Below, piece after piece: positions 24,845 through 34,251 of a stretch of DNA of 64,000 nucleotides. The notes under the pieces are model-generated. The model was not told the DNA's origin, did no database searches, and saw only the letters and a list, made by a program, of their open reading frames with translations. This stretch comes from Longimicrobiales bacterium. GTDB lineage: Bacteria > Gemmatimonadota > Gemmatimonadetes > Longimicrobiales > Gaopeijiaceae. The translations under genes were made by a program, and so were the position numbers. How positions within the stretch are numbered: position 1 is the first letter of the stretch; the number at the start of each line of letters is the position of its first letter. The stretch is taken from positions 2,464,001-2,528,000 of the forward strand of contig OZ241892.1 in the NCBI GenBank assembly GCA_965203485.1. Reading direction: 5' to 3'.

Positions 24845-25255
24845 CTACTCTCCGCCTGCTTCTTCCCTCCGCGACGCCATCAATCCGTCCAGAGAGTACT
24901 TCCCGGCGCCGCTGGCCGAGAAGAACAGCCAAACGAAGCAGTAGAACGCGGCGAGCTCGCCCCGGTTCACGACGGGCCAGAACCCGTTCGGCGCGTGGAC
25001 CATGAAGTAGGCCACGGCCATCTGGCCGGACAGGAGGAAGGCCACTGGCCGCGCAAACAGCCCCAGCATCATGAGCAGGCCGCCGACAAGTTCCAGGATG
25101 CCGGCGGCGCCCTGAAGGCTGAGGAAGGCATCCACCTGATCTCGGCCCAGCACGCCGAAGACCTTCTGAAGGCCGTGCTGCATGAACAGGAAGCCCGCGA
25201 CCACGCGGAGGGCGCTGAGGGCGATCCCGTAGAATCCGCCGCGGTTGGTGTGCAT
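24845..25255 (-). CDS. DoxX family membrane protein
   Basis: LRVVAGFLFMQHGLQK, ELVGG, SGQMAVAYFMVH, GAGKYSLD. Confidence 0.9.
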   Translation of the reverse strand: MHTNRGGFYGIALSALRVVAGFLFMQHGLQKVFGVLGRDQVDAFLSLQGAAGILELVGGLLMMLGLFARPVAFLLSGQMAVAYFMVHAPNGFWPVVNRGELAAFYCFVWLFFSASGAGKYSLDGLMASRREEAGGE

Positions 25256-25392
25256 CTTGGCGCTCTCTCCGGCGATTGGGGGCTGTCGGCCGGCGCACCT
25301 CCGCGCCAGCTCGCACGACGCAAACGTGTAGGATAGGGCGCCGCGCGGGCGCCCGCCAGCGCGAGGCCCCTTGCGCGGACGCTCGCCCTCCT

Positions 25393-27597
25393 TCAGAACG
25401 CCTTCAGGTACGTCAGCTTGACCACGCCGGTGCGCCAGCGCCAGCGGTCGCGGGGCAGGTCGTCTTCGGGGAAGCGCGGGTCCAGCGCCTCGCCGGTCAA
25501 GTATCCGGTGTCGAGCACCACGAACAAGTCGCTGCCCGGAGTGTGTATCCAGTCGATGCGGACGTTGGCGCGGATCAGGTTCGACACGTCGTCCCACTGG
25601 ACCAAGGCGTTGGCGAAGAGGGAGCGGTTGACCGCGCCCAGGACGGTCATGCTGAAAAGGCGCGTCGCGAAGTCGCCGTCCGCGACGGGCAGGCTGACGT
25701 CGTTCCACGTGTAGTCGCCGCCGAGCGTCAGGTGCGGGCCGGTCTTCCACTGGCCGCCCACCGCGATGCCGGTGCGCGTGCCGCTCCAGAACCCGCCGGA
25801 CGAGAGCGCGCCGCGGGCCGACAGGCGGCGGCTGTCGTTCGTGCGGAAGCGGAAGTCGAAGGTCGTGAAGGCGTAGTCGCCGGCGGCGAGTTCGCGGCCC
25901 TGGATGCGGGCGGAGGTCCGCAGGGCTTCGGTGCGGCGGCGCAGGTTGACCATCGCCCAGTCGCCGGTCTGGAACGTCAGCATGCTGTGGGAGAGGATGC
26001 TGGCGCTCTGCTTTTCGCCGTCCAGGCCCTGGATGTACTGGCCGTTGACGGCCGCCACGAGCTGGCGGGCCCAACGGCTTCCCTCGAAGCGCGGAAAGGC
26101 GGCGGCCGCGGCCGTGTAGCGCCGCATGTCGCGGCGGCGCACGAACCCCAGCGCGGGGTCGAACTCCCGGGGCACCTGGGTGAAGCTCGCGCCTCCCGAC
26201 AGGACGCTGTTGCCGAGGTCCACTTCCAACGACCCCGCGGCGGCCGATGGAGCCGCGTTCCGGAACGAGCGCGCGGCCCAACCGACCACGGAGCTCGAGC
26301 CCCCGAAGCGCAATTGCGCGTCGAAGCCGGCTACCCGGTTGGTCAGGCCGTCGGCGTCGAGCGACGTGAAGATGCCCCCGACGGTCGCGCGGGGGAACGG
26401 ATCGGCCCGCAACCGGAGAACCGAGTTGACTCCGCCCGGCCTCGCGCGTCCCTCCGCGTCCCCCGCGTCCTCGGTGAGAAGGCTGAGGGCTCCGACGGAC
26501 ACCGGACCCGCTTGGCCCGTGAGCCGCGCGCCTCCGGCGATGGGGTTGGCGATGCCCACGCGGCGGCTGAAGAAGACCTCCGTCTCCCGCGAGTCGCCGA
26601 AGTCGAAGAGGCCCGCGCGCTCGAGGAAGAACTCGCGCTTCTCCGGGAAGAAGAGATCGAAGCGCGTGAGATTGATCTGAACGTTGTCCGCTTCCACCTG
26701 GGCGAAGTCGGGGTTCACCGTGGCGTCCAGAGTGAGGTTGGACGTGATAGAGTACTTGAAGTCCAGGCCGACCTCGTTCAGCGTCCGCGTGACGCCTTCG
26801 CCGCCGCCCGCGCCGCCTTCGGCCGTGCGTCCGGCGATCGCGAACGGCTTGGCCTCCATGTAGCGCCCGCGCCGCAGGTCCTCGAGACCGGCCAGCGTAG
26901 CGTACTGCGACACCTGGGTGAGGCCCGAGCGGAACTCCTGGCTCACATGGGGCCAGTAGACGAACTCGTTCTTCCGCCTGATCGTGCGCTCCACGAGGAT
27001 GCCCATCGTCGGCGCCCGTTCGTCGGAGAACCGAATGGTCGTGAAGGGAATCGCCGCCTCGACGATCCAGCCGGTCGCGGTGACGCGGGCCTCGCTCTCG
27101 TACACGCCTTCCCAGTTCCAGTCGGCCAAGGTCATCGACTCGTCGGTGATGAGCGCGTCGCCCTGGGTGCCGAAAGGGTTGATCTCGAAGATGTAGGCAT
27201 TGCGCCGGTCGTGGTACGTGTCGAGGCCGATGCGGATGTTGTCGTCCTGGTCGATGCGGCCCTCGCGGTGGAGGATGCTGCGACGGACGGCGCCCGGGTC
27301 CGAATCGTGCAGCACGAGCGCGAAGTAGAGGTTGCGCTCGTCGAAGGCCACGCGAAGCTCGGTCCGCTCCGAGGCGGCGGCGCCGTCCACGGGGGCGCGC
27401 TGGCGGAAGTCGGTGACGGGAACCGCCGCTTGCCAGAAGGGCTCGTCGAGGACGGCGTCGATCGCCGGGGGCTCGCCGGCGCGAACGGCCCGCACGATCG
27501 CCTCCGGGCCCGGCGGGGGAGGCGCGGCCTGGGCGGACCGATCCTGCGTCTCGGCGCTCGCGGCGCCCAAGGCTACCGGCCAGGCGCCGATCAGCAT
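25393..27597 (-). CDS. CBM9-like/DUF5916 outer-membrane protein
   Basis: LDATVNPDFAQVEAD, FFPEKREFFLE, FFSRRVG, C-terminal KLTYLKAF; start uncertain. Confidence 0.8.
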   Translation of the reverse strand: MLIGAWPVALGAASAETQDRSAQAAPPPPGPEAIVRAVRAGEPPAIDAVLDEPFWQAAVPVTDFRQRAPVDGAAASERTELRVAFDERNLYFALVLHDSDPGAVRRSILHREGRIDQDDNIRIGLDTYHDRRNAYIFEINPFGTQGDALITDESMTLADWNWEGVYESEARVTATGWIVEAAIPFTTIRFSDERAPTMGILVERTIRRKNEFVYWPHVSQEFRSGLTQVSQYATLAGLEDLRRGRYMEAKPFAIAGRTAEGGAGGGEGVTRTLNEVGLDFKYSITSNLTLDATVNPDFAQVEADNVQINLTRFDLFFPEKREFFLERAGLFDFGDSRETEVFFSRRVGIANPIAGGARLTGQAGPVSVGALSLLTEDAGDAEGRARPGGVNSVLRLRADPFPRATVGGIFTSLDADGLTNRVAGFDAQLRFGGSSSVVGWAARSFRNAAPSAAAGSLEVDLGNSVLSGGASFTQVPREFDPALGFVRRRDMRRYTAAAAAFPRFEGSRWARQLVAAVNGQYIQGLDGEKQSASILSHSMLTFQTGDWAMVNLRRRTEALRTSARIQGRELAAGDYAFTTFDFRFRTNDSRRLSARGALSSGGFWSGTRTGIAVGGQWKTGPHLTLGGDYTWNDVSLPVADGDFATRLFSMTVLGAVNRSLFANALVQWDDVSNLIRANVRIDWIHTPGSDLFVVLDTGYLTGEALDPRFPEDDLPRDRWRWRTGVVKLTYLKAF

Positions 27598-27902
27598 CGC
27601 GGCGAGGAGCGCCGGGGGACGCGTTCGCGAGAACGCCGGGCCGTCGGCCGTCCGTCGTCGCGACGGCGCCCGGCCGACAAGGCGCCGCAGGACCGAAGCG
27701 GCCGAGACGTCGCCCCCGGCCCGCACCGCGTGAACACGAATCGCGCATCCACGACGGCGTCGGCCAGGGAACGCCGCGCCGCCGTCGCCGCCTCCGGCCG
27801 ACCCCGAAAGAACGCGCGCGGCCCGCCCGGAACGGCGACGGCCATGAGCGGGCCCACGCACCGCCGCCTCCGGCCGGCCTCGCGAGTCGCGAATCGGCGT
27901 CC

Positions 27903-28742
27903 CTAAGCGGCGCAAGCCGGCTTGACGGCCTGGATCACTCCCCCGTGAACGGACTCGGCGAAGGCGCGCGCCTCGGCCGCGCGGACGGGATCGTCCTTCA
28001 CGACCGCCTGGACCTGGGGGTCGGAGAAGATGTGCTCCGACGGGTACGGACTGCCCTTCTCTACGGAGATCTCGGCGAAGCCGACCGCCTCCAAGTCGCG
28101 TTCGTACTCGGACAAGGGGACCGGAAGGCACCCCACCATCGCGTCCTTCGCGGAGGCGACGAACTCGGGCGCCCCACGGTCCGACACCAAATCGGAGATC
28201 ATCAGCCTGCCGCCCGGCTTGAGCACGCGCAGCGCCTCGGCCAGCGCCCTCGGCCGGTCGGCGGACAGGTTCAGCACGCAGTTCGAGATGACGGCGTCAG
28301 CCACGCCGTCGGCCAGCGGCAACGCCTCGATTTCTCCCAGCCGAAACTCCACGTTCTCGGCCCCGGCCTTGGCCGCGTTGGATCGCGCTCGCTCGACCAT
28401 CTCGGGCGTCATGTCCACGCCCACGACGCGGCCCTCCGGGCCCACGTTCCGTCCCGCCAGAAAGCAGTCGAAGCCGCCCCCGGACCCCAGGTCCACTACC
28501 GTCTCCCCAGGCGAAAGCGACGCCAGCGCGACAGGGTTGCCGCATCCCAACCCCAGGTTGGCGCCCTCGGGCGCCGCCGCCAACTCGCTCTCGTCGTACC
28601 CCACGGCCAAGCCGATCTCCGACGCCGACCCGCCGGCGCAACCGCAACCGCTCTCCGGTCCGCAACATCCGTCGCTCTCCGTCGCGCTGCGCGCGTACCG
28701 CTCCCGCACGGCCCGGCGCACTTCGTTCGCGGCAATCCCCAT
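27903..28742 (-). CDS. arsM: Arsenite methyltransferase
   Basis: N-terminal CC, LGLGCGNP, DLGSGGGFDCF, ISNCVLNL, VGC. Confidence 0.85.
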   Translation of the reverse strand: MGIAANEVRRAVRERYARSATESDGCCGPESGCGCAGGSASEIGLAVGYDESELAAAPEGANLGLGCGNPVALASLSPGETVVDLGSGGGFDCFLAGRNVGPEGRVVGVDMTPEMVERARSNAAKAGAENVEFRLGEIEALPLADGVADAVISNCVLNLSADRPRALAEALRVLKPGGRLMISDLVSDRGAPEFVASAKDAMVGCLPVPLSEYERDLEAVGFAEISVEKGSPYPSEHIFSDPQVQAVVKDDPVRAAEARAFAESVHGGVIQAVKPACAA

Positions 28743-28980
28743 GTCGTCCTCTCCTCTTCCCGTGTCCAGCCCGGCGAACCGGCGGCCCGGCCCTATTGCC
28801 GGCTCGCCGCCCAGCGGCATTGCCCGGCACGTCGCGTCGCCAACCGGTGGCGGGGCAGGTCTCAGCCGGCGCCCGGGGCCGCGACACGCCGCGCGGCCGC
28901 CACCTTGATGACGCTAGGTTGGACGATAACGTTTCGGCTCGGCCGAACCAACCGATCATGAATGAAGACGGAGAAGCCGC

Positions 28981-30162
28981 ATGGACTGGGGGGACTGGAA
29001 GGAATACATCGACCGGATCGGGTCGCGCCTCGAACGGGAGCGCGAGGACCTCCGGCAACGGGCGCGCCAAGCTGGCGACGAGCTCGACAAGATGGAGGAG
29101 AGGTGGAAGACGTTCGTGTCGCGCGTCTCGGAAATCGAGTTCTCCGAAGTGACCGACGACGTGCGAGCGACGGCGGAAAACTTGGCCGCGGAGCTGCGCG
29201 AGGGATACTCGCGGTTGCGCGACACGATCGGCGAAGCCGGCAAGGCCGGGGCACCGGACCCCGACGGCGGAGGGGGCGCACCGCGCGAGGCCGAACCAGC
29301 GTCGAGGCCGCCGACCGCCGCCGGGCCGGACGAGGGGGACGGGCGGACGGACGCGCCCGATGCCGCCTACACGATGGGCTACGGCGAGGAGTTTCGCCGC
29401 GTGCTGGAGCGTCGCAGCGCCGAGACGCACGCCGCCGACTTGCTGCCGCTGCTCCGCAAGGGCATGCGCGTCCTGGACTTCGGGTGCGGCACCGGGTCGA
29501 TCTCGGTGGGGCTCGCGAAGGCGGTCGAGCCGGGAGAGCTGCACGGAATCGACATGGAAGAGTCGCAGATCGAGATCGCCCAAGCGGCGGCGAAGGCGGG
29601 CGGGCACGACAACGCCGCGTTCCAGGCCGGCGACGCCGCCCAGCTGCCGTTCGAGGACGAAAGGTTCGACGTGGCCCACTGCAACGCGGTGCTGATGCAC
29701 GTCCCCGGCACGCAGGCGGTTCTGGCGGAAGTCATGCGGGTGCTCCGCCCCGGCGGGATCCTGTCGGTGCGCGAACTCAACACGCCCTCGTCGTTCATCG
29801 AGCCCGGATTCGGCGAACTCGAATCCGCTTGGGACACATTCGCGGGGCTTCTGGCGGCCAACGGCGGGCATCCGCGGATGGGGCGCGAAATCGCCGGGAC
29901 GCTCCGGGCGGCCGGATGGTCCGACGTGCGGGCGAACGGGTCGTTCGAGCTGTTCCGTTCGGCCGACGACCGCGTGTTCTTCCATCGCTTCGTGAGCGAG
30001 TGGTTCTTCGCGGAGGACACGGTGAAGGCCGCAACCCAGCACGGCTTGGCGTCGGCCGAGCGCCTGGACGCTTGGCGGAATGCGCTGGACCGGTGGAGAG
30101 ACCACCCGGGAGCGCTCGCGGGCTTCGCATGGGGAGGGGCGACCGCGAAGAAGCCCGGCTGA
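28981..30162 (+). CDS. Class I SAM methyltransferase with extra N-terminal helical domain
   Basis: VLDFGCGTG, GIDME, VLRPGG; ~85-aa charged helical N-terminus plus Pro/Gly linker. Confidence 0.8.
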   Translation: MDWGDWKEYIDRIGSRLEREREDLRQRARQAGDELDKMEERWKTFVSRVSEIEFSEVTDDVRATAENLAAELREGYSRLRDTIGEAGKAGAPDPDGGGGAPREAEPASRPPTAAGPDEGDGRTDAPDAAYTMGYGEEFRRVLERRSAETHAADLLPLLRKGMRVLDFGCGTGSISVGLAKAVEPGELHGIDMEESQIEIAQAAAKAGGHDNAAFQAGDAAQLPFEDERFDVAHCNAVLMHVPGTQAVLAEVMRVLRPGGILSVRELNTPSSFIEPGFGELESAWDTFAGLLAANGGHPRMGREIAGTLRAAGWSDVRANGSFELFRSADDRVFFHRFVSEWFFAEDTVKAATQHGLASAERLDAWRNALDRWRDHPGALAGFAWGGATAKKPG

Positions 30163-30269
30163 CCGGAGACGCCGTCACTCGCCGCAAGCCGGCCGGTTCT
30201 GCTCCAGCCATTCGAGCAACGCCTCGGCGGCCCACCGGTGGCCGCGGGGGGGGGCTCCAGTGGCCGTCG

Positions 30270-30343
30270 TGGGGTTGCCCCGGTATGGTGGACACGTTCA
30301 ATCTTTCGGGATGAGGGGAGTCCACGATGCCGGGGCAACTCCA
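30270..30343. mobile_element. 74-bp IS3-family-like miniature element (terminal inverted repeats only)
   Basis: TG...CA ends; left TGGGGTTGCCCCGGTATGGTGGACAC vs reverse complement of right end TGGAGTTGCCCCGGCATCGTGGACTC (22/26 identical). Confidence 0.6.
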
Positions 30344-30435
30344 GTTAAGTTAAGGAGATGATCTTCGCGGCATGGGCATCCGACGGCTGGCCGACGTGAA
30401 GCCGCTGGTCACGTTCCATCGAACACCGCCCATGC

Positions 30436-30939
30436 ATGGAAAGCCAAAGCGTGAAAACCCAATGCCCCTGGCCCTCAGGCTTCCGGCACGGGCGCGTCAT
30501 CCTCTGTGCAATTGCGGCGTGCCTGCTCCGACGCGAGCCCGTTGCGGGCCAGACCGGTGAAGCTGTGCCACGAGATTCCCTTCTCGTTGACTTGCAGAAG
30601 TCGGCGTCAGCCGCAATCGAGGTATTGGACTGGATCGCCGAGTATCCGGCCTGCGCTTCAGCGGCGCGCAACTACGTGGCCAAGCCGACCGAGTTGACGT
30701 CCCATCGGGCGGTGCTGGACGCGCTGAACAACCCCGTTGACGCATTGGAGCTTCGCGAAGGAGTTGTTGACGTGTTGGCGTTCTTGGAAGCGGCACCGTC
30801 ACTGGACATAACGGCATTGCGCAAAATGGTGCAGACAATGGAAGCACACTTTCTGCCCATTAGCCCGGGGCTGATGCGGCCCGGGCTAATGGCATACCTG
30901 CCTTGGGCACAGTTGTGGAAGGCGGCTATCCCCGCGTAA
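30436..30939 (+). CDS. Hypothetical protein (lower-GC patch)
   Basis: 167-aa ORF with protein-like composition; no recognisable motif. Confidence 0.35.
   Translation: MESQSVKTQCPWPSGFRHGRVILCAIAACLLRREPVAGQTGEAVPRDSLLVDLQKSASAAIEVLDWIAEYPACASAARNYVAKPTELTSHRAVLDALNNPVDALELREGVVDVLAFLEAAPSLDITALRKMVQTMEAHFLPISPGLMRPGLMAYLPWAQLWKAAIPA
30857..30892. terminator. Perfect 13-bp stem hairpin near convergent gene ends
   Basis: CCATTAGCCCGGG-N10-CCCGGGCTAATGG; no clear U tract. Confidence 0.4.
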
Positions 30940-31249
30940 GGTAGAGGGCATACAGGGCACTCGCTATCGCCCCCCAGGCCACCAATAGCTTGTACGGGAA
31001 GATCCACCGCGTCAACGGGTGGTTCTCCTTGTCGGCGCGTTGCTTGTAGGCTCTACGCAATATGAAGCGCGAGCATATGAGCAACCCGACGGCCGCGAGG
31101 CTTTGAACATCATCTTGCGTACGTCCGTAGATCAGTGCGAGAATGCCGTAGGTCGCTGCCCAAGGGAATCGATTGGAGCAAGCCCGCAACTTCGCGGAGA
31201 CACCGTTCGTGGGTCTCTCCCTCGGTCTGGCAACCGTCGTGGTCGTCAC
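30926..31249 (-). CDS. Small 3-TM hypothetical membrane protein
   Basis: GAGGAG immediately upstream of GTG; hydrophobic segments. Confidence 0.45.
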   Translation of the reverse strand: MTTTTVARPRERPTNGVSAKLRACSNRFPWAATYGILALIYGRTQDDVQSLAAVGLLICSRFILRRAYKQRADKENHPLTRWIFPYKLLVAWGAIASALYALYLTRG

Positions 31250-31311
31250 ATTCTCCTCGCGATCTCCCGGAGCACCCCGGGACGCTACCGCCACAGCGAC
31301 GGATTCTGGTT

Positions 31312-31392
31312 TCAGTCCTCCCTCAGAAACCGCCGGTACACCGCTACTGCGAACACGATGCACATGACCGATACCACCAGTCCGGGGAACAT
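31312..31392 (-). CDS. 26-aa single-TM micropeptide (MFPGLVVSVMCIVFAVAVYRRFLRED)
   Basis: GGAGGG 7 nt upstream of ATG; hydrophobic helix followed by basic residues. Confidence 0.35.
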   Translation of the reverse strand: MFPGLVVSVMCIVFAVAVYRRFLRED

Positions 31393-31408
31393 CAGCCTAC
31401 CCTCCGAA

Positions 31409-31732
31409 TCACCGTACCGCATCCCACGGCCCGGGCAACGGGACCGGCGGACAGACGGAGGAGAAGCTGGGGGTTGAGTTAGGTAGTCGGGTCGGCAGGG
31501 GTGCGATGGCAATCGCGAGCCCGGAAGCAACCAAGCTCCAAGTCGGCGACGGGGCAAGAGTAGACGCATCCACCGACGGGATGTGCCACTCTGCTGCGGA
31601 AGTCGCTTCAGCCGGGTGGGCCGCGATCGCCACGGCTACTAGCGAAGCAAGGAGAACTGGGGGGAGGGGGGGCGAACTGCGTTCATCGGAACTCTCAGCG
31701 TCGAGGTGGTGTATCGTGAGCTTGCGTCGCAT
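31409..31732 (-). CDS. Hypothetical protein, possibly secreted
   Basis: AGAGG upstream of ATG; hydrophobic stretch ending AHPAEA. Confidence 0.35.
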   Translation of the reverse strand: MRRKLTIHHLDAESSDERSSPPLPPVLLASLVAVAIAAHPAEATSAAEWHIPSVDASTLAPSPTWSLVASGLAIAIAPLPTRLPNSTPSFSSVCPPVPLPGPWDAVR

Positions 31733-31879
31733 GCGGAGCCTCTATCCGGTGCGGGGGCACCCTCTCGGACCCCCTCCTCTCGTCCGCAAGCCCTCCGGCT
31801 CCCGTGAGTCCGTAGCGTAACCATAGGAAAACCGACACGCAATGGGAAGCGGCCGGGCGTCGCCCGGCGGGGGCCAGCC

Positions 31880-32205
31880 TAGCCGCTTGCCGTCGTCTCG
31901 GGCGCGAAGCGCGTCCAGGCGACACCCGGCCCAGGAGGCGAACGTGCCCCCGATCACGCGCGACCGCGCTTCGGCCGCCAGGCGGATCAGGACGCGGAGG
32001 CTGTGAATCGAGAGCAGGCGATGGCCGAAGCGCTCGCTCGCCACGGGCAGGTGGCGCAGGGAGGCGCGGTCGTAGCGGCGGCAGGCGTGGCAGTCGCAGT
32101 CCGGATCGACGGGTCGGCGGTCCAGGCGGAAGCGCGCGCCCTCAGGTTGATCTGGCCGTCCGAGAAGGTCCACGCCGTGCCGTGGCGGGCGTTGCGCGTG
32201 GGCGA
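31880..32205 (-). pseudogene. tgt: 3' fragment of queuine tRNA-ribosyltransferase
   Basis: PTRNARHG...INL /frameshift/ GARFRLDRRPVDPDCDCHAC..YDRASLRHL..SIHSL; 5' part absent; lower boundary approximate. Confidence 0.8.
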
Positions 32206-32261
32206 AAGACCCGCGAAGAAAGAATTGGGGGGGCAGTTCCGTGCGGGCCGGCTGCTCTAGC

Positions 32262-33494
32262 TCAGCCGGTCTCTGGCCAGGGACGGCTGAGCGCACCCTT
32301 GACGCGTTGCAGCAGGACGAATCCCACGACAAGCAAGGCCGCCACCACCAAGAAGCCCGGGCGCTGGTTGCCCTCGGCCATGAGCACGGCCAGTCCGAAG
32401 AGGAACGGTCCGATCACCGACGACGACTTGCCGCAAAGGGCGTAGAAGCCGAACATCTCGCCTTCCTTGCCCCGCGGAATCAACGCGGCCATGGCGGCGC
32501 GGCTCGCCGACTGCACGGAACCGAGCCCGAGGCCCGCCACGACGGCCAGCACGTAGAAGGCCGTTTGGCCCTCGATGAAGTATGCCGCGACGACGGCGAC
32601 GATCCACAAAGGCAAGACGGCGTTCAACACCTTCTTGGGCCCGGCCCGGTCCGTCGGCTTGGCGAGCGCCAACGCGCCGACCAAGGCCGAGAACTGAAGG
32701 ACCAGGAAGAGCACGATCGTCGCTTCGGTGGTGAAGCCGAAGGTGGCCGTGGCCACGATGGCCGCCATCGCGATGATCGTGTTGACGCCGTCGATGTAGA
32801 AGAAGTACGCGAAGAAGAAGTTGCGAAGGTCCTTGAGCCTCCAGACCTCGGCGACGATGCGGGCAAAGTTGGTAACGCCCCACGCGGCCGCCTTGGCGAC
32901 GCCCACCTCCCCGGGGCGGTCGGCGGGCAGCCAGCGAAACGACGGAATCGAGTTGAGCAGGAAGAATCCTGCGACCGAGAGCCACACGGCCCACATCAAG
33001 TCCCTCTGGACCAGCTGCACCGCGATGAGCAACCCCAGCGCCGAACCCAGGTAGCCGACGCCGAAGCCGAGTCCGGAAACCCACCCGCGCTTGTCGGGCG
33101 GCGCAATCTCGGGCAGGTAGGCGTTGTAGAAGACCAGGGCGCTCTCGAACCCGACGTTCGCGACGACGAACAGCAGAAAGCCGCGAAGAGCCATGCCCGC
33201 GTCCAGCGTGACCATTCCCACCACGCCCGCCAAGCAAATCCCGACGTAGATCATGAAGAAGCGCTTTCGCGCTCCGGCGCGGTCGGCGATCCCCCCTAGG
33301 AGCGGCGACGTGAACGCCACGATCAGCGCCGAAAGCGACACGGCCCTGCCCCACCACCAGTCGCCTTCGCCCGCCACGCCGGCCACCACGTGCTCGCGGT
33401 AGAAGATCGGGAAGACGGTGGCCACCATGACCGCCGGAAAGATCGAGTTGGCGAAGTCGAAGAGCGCCCAGGACCAGACGGTCCGCTGGTTCAT
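32262..33494 (-). CDS. MFS transporter (UMF1/Atg22-like)
   Basis: WALFDFANS, FYNAYLP, GFGVGYLG, FGFYALCGK. Confidence 0.9.
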   Translation of the reverse strand: MNQRTVWSWALFDFANSIFPAVMVATVFPIFYREHVVAGVAGEGDWWWGRAVSLSALIVAFTSPLLGGIADRAGARKRFFMIYVGICLAGVVGMVTLDAGMALRGFLLFVVANVGFESALVFYNAYLPEIAPPDKRGWVSGLGFGVGYLGSALGLLIAVQLVQRDLMWAVWLSVAGFFLLNSIPSFRWLPADRPGEVGVAKAAAWGVTNFARIVAEVWRLKDLRNFFFAYFFYIDGVNTIIAMAAIVATATFGFTTEATIVLFLVLQFSALVGALALAKPTDRAGPKKVLNAVLPLWIVAVVAAYFIEGQTAFYVLAVVAGLGLGSVQSASRAAMAALIPRGKEGEMFGFYALCGKSSSVIGPFLFGLAVLMAEGNQRPGFLVVAALLVVGFVLLQRVKGALSRPWPETG

Positions 33495-33562
33495 CGGCGT
33501 CGGCGTGGGCGGGTCCGGGGACAAGTCGGCGCTCCGGCGGGGGGCTCGGTGGAAGGCGGGAA

Positions 33563-33740
33563 AGCGGGCTCCGGCCTGCAAGCTACGGCGCCCGCAGGAG
33601 CGATGCCGGGTCTCGGGCGCAAACGGTGGACGCGACACCAGCGGGCTCCGGCCCGCAAAGCTACGGCGTTCGCGCGGGAGATGCCGGGTCTCCGGACGCA
33701 ATGTGGGGCGCGACATGAGCGGCTCCGGCCCGCACGCTGG
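33563..33740. repeat. ~77-bp tandem repeat, about 2.3 degenerate copies
   Basis: GGCTCCGGCC(T/C)GCA..AGCTACGGCG...GATGCCGGGTCTC at 33565, 33642 and partial at 33720. Confidence 0.75.
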
Positions 33741-33837
33741 AGCGCCGGGGCGCGTGAAGCGCTGTCGCGCGGAGGCGCCGCCGACCGTGGGCGGCCCGCT
33801 CGAAGCGGCCGGGCGGCGGCGATCCGTCGGCCGGCGA

Positions 33838-34140
33838 TCAGGCCCAGTCGTCCTTTTCCCTCGGCAGGGCCTTGTTGTCGCGAGCGTCCCTTGCGCCCAG
33901 CGCCGTGCCGGCCCCGACCGCCACGCCCAGGAACACCGCCGAACCTGCGCCGACCAGCGGCAGGACCGCCACGACGGGCGCCACCGCCGCCGCCGTGGCC
34001 ACGCCCGCCAAGACCCCCAAGCGGCCGGGCCGCTTCACGAACTTGGTGAAGCGAAGGCGCCTGCGCACGAAGTCCTTCGACTTGACGTGCCCGAACAAGC
34101 CGGCAATGGCGACCAGTCCCGCCCCGATCAGTTCCGTCAT
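33838..34140 (-). CDS. Small membrane hypothetical protein
   Basis: GGAG RBS upstream; FVRRRLRF followed by hydrophobic hairpin. Confidence 0.65.
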   Translation of the reverse strand: MTELIGAGLVAIAGLFGHVKSKDFVRRRLRFTKFVKRPGRLGVLAGVATAAAVAPVVAVLPLVGAGSAVFLGVAVGAGTALGARDARDNKALPREKDDWA

Positions 34141-34251
34141 GATTGCGTCTCCTGTCGTTTGTCGGCTCGCGCGCGGGCGCGCGGCGCGTCCTCAAAGCTA
34201 CGGCGCCGGAAGCCGGCCGGTTTCCCTTCGGCCCCGAAGCGCCCGTGCCGC

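Noticed and set aside
30246..30254. G9 run as a phase-variation tract
   Set aside because: Intergenic, downstream of a stop codon, and not clearly linked to a promoter or reading frame.
31680..31732. MRRKLTIHHLDAESS resembling a lanthipeptide-type leader
   Set aside because: The similarity is weak, there is no Cys/Ser/Thr core of the right size, and no modifying enzyme is nearby.
33563..33740. CRISPR array
   Set aside because: Whole units are degenerate tandem copies without unique spacers, and there are no cas genes.
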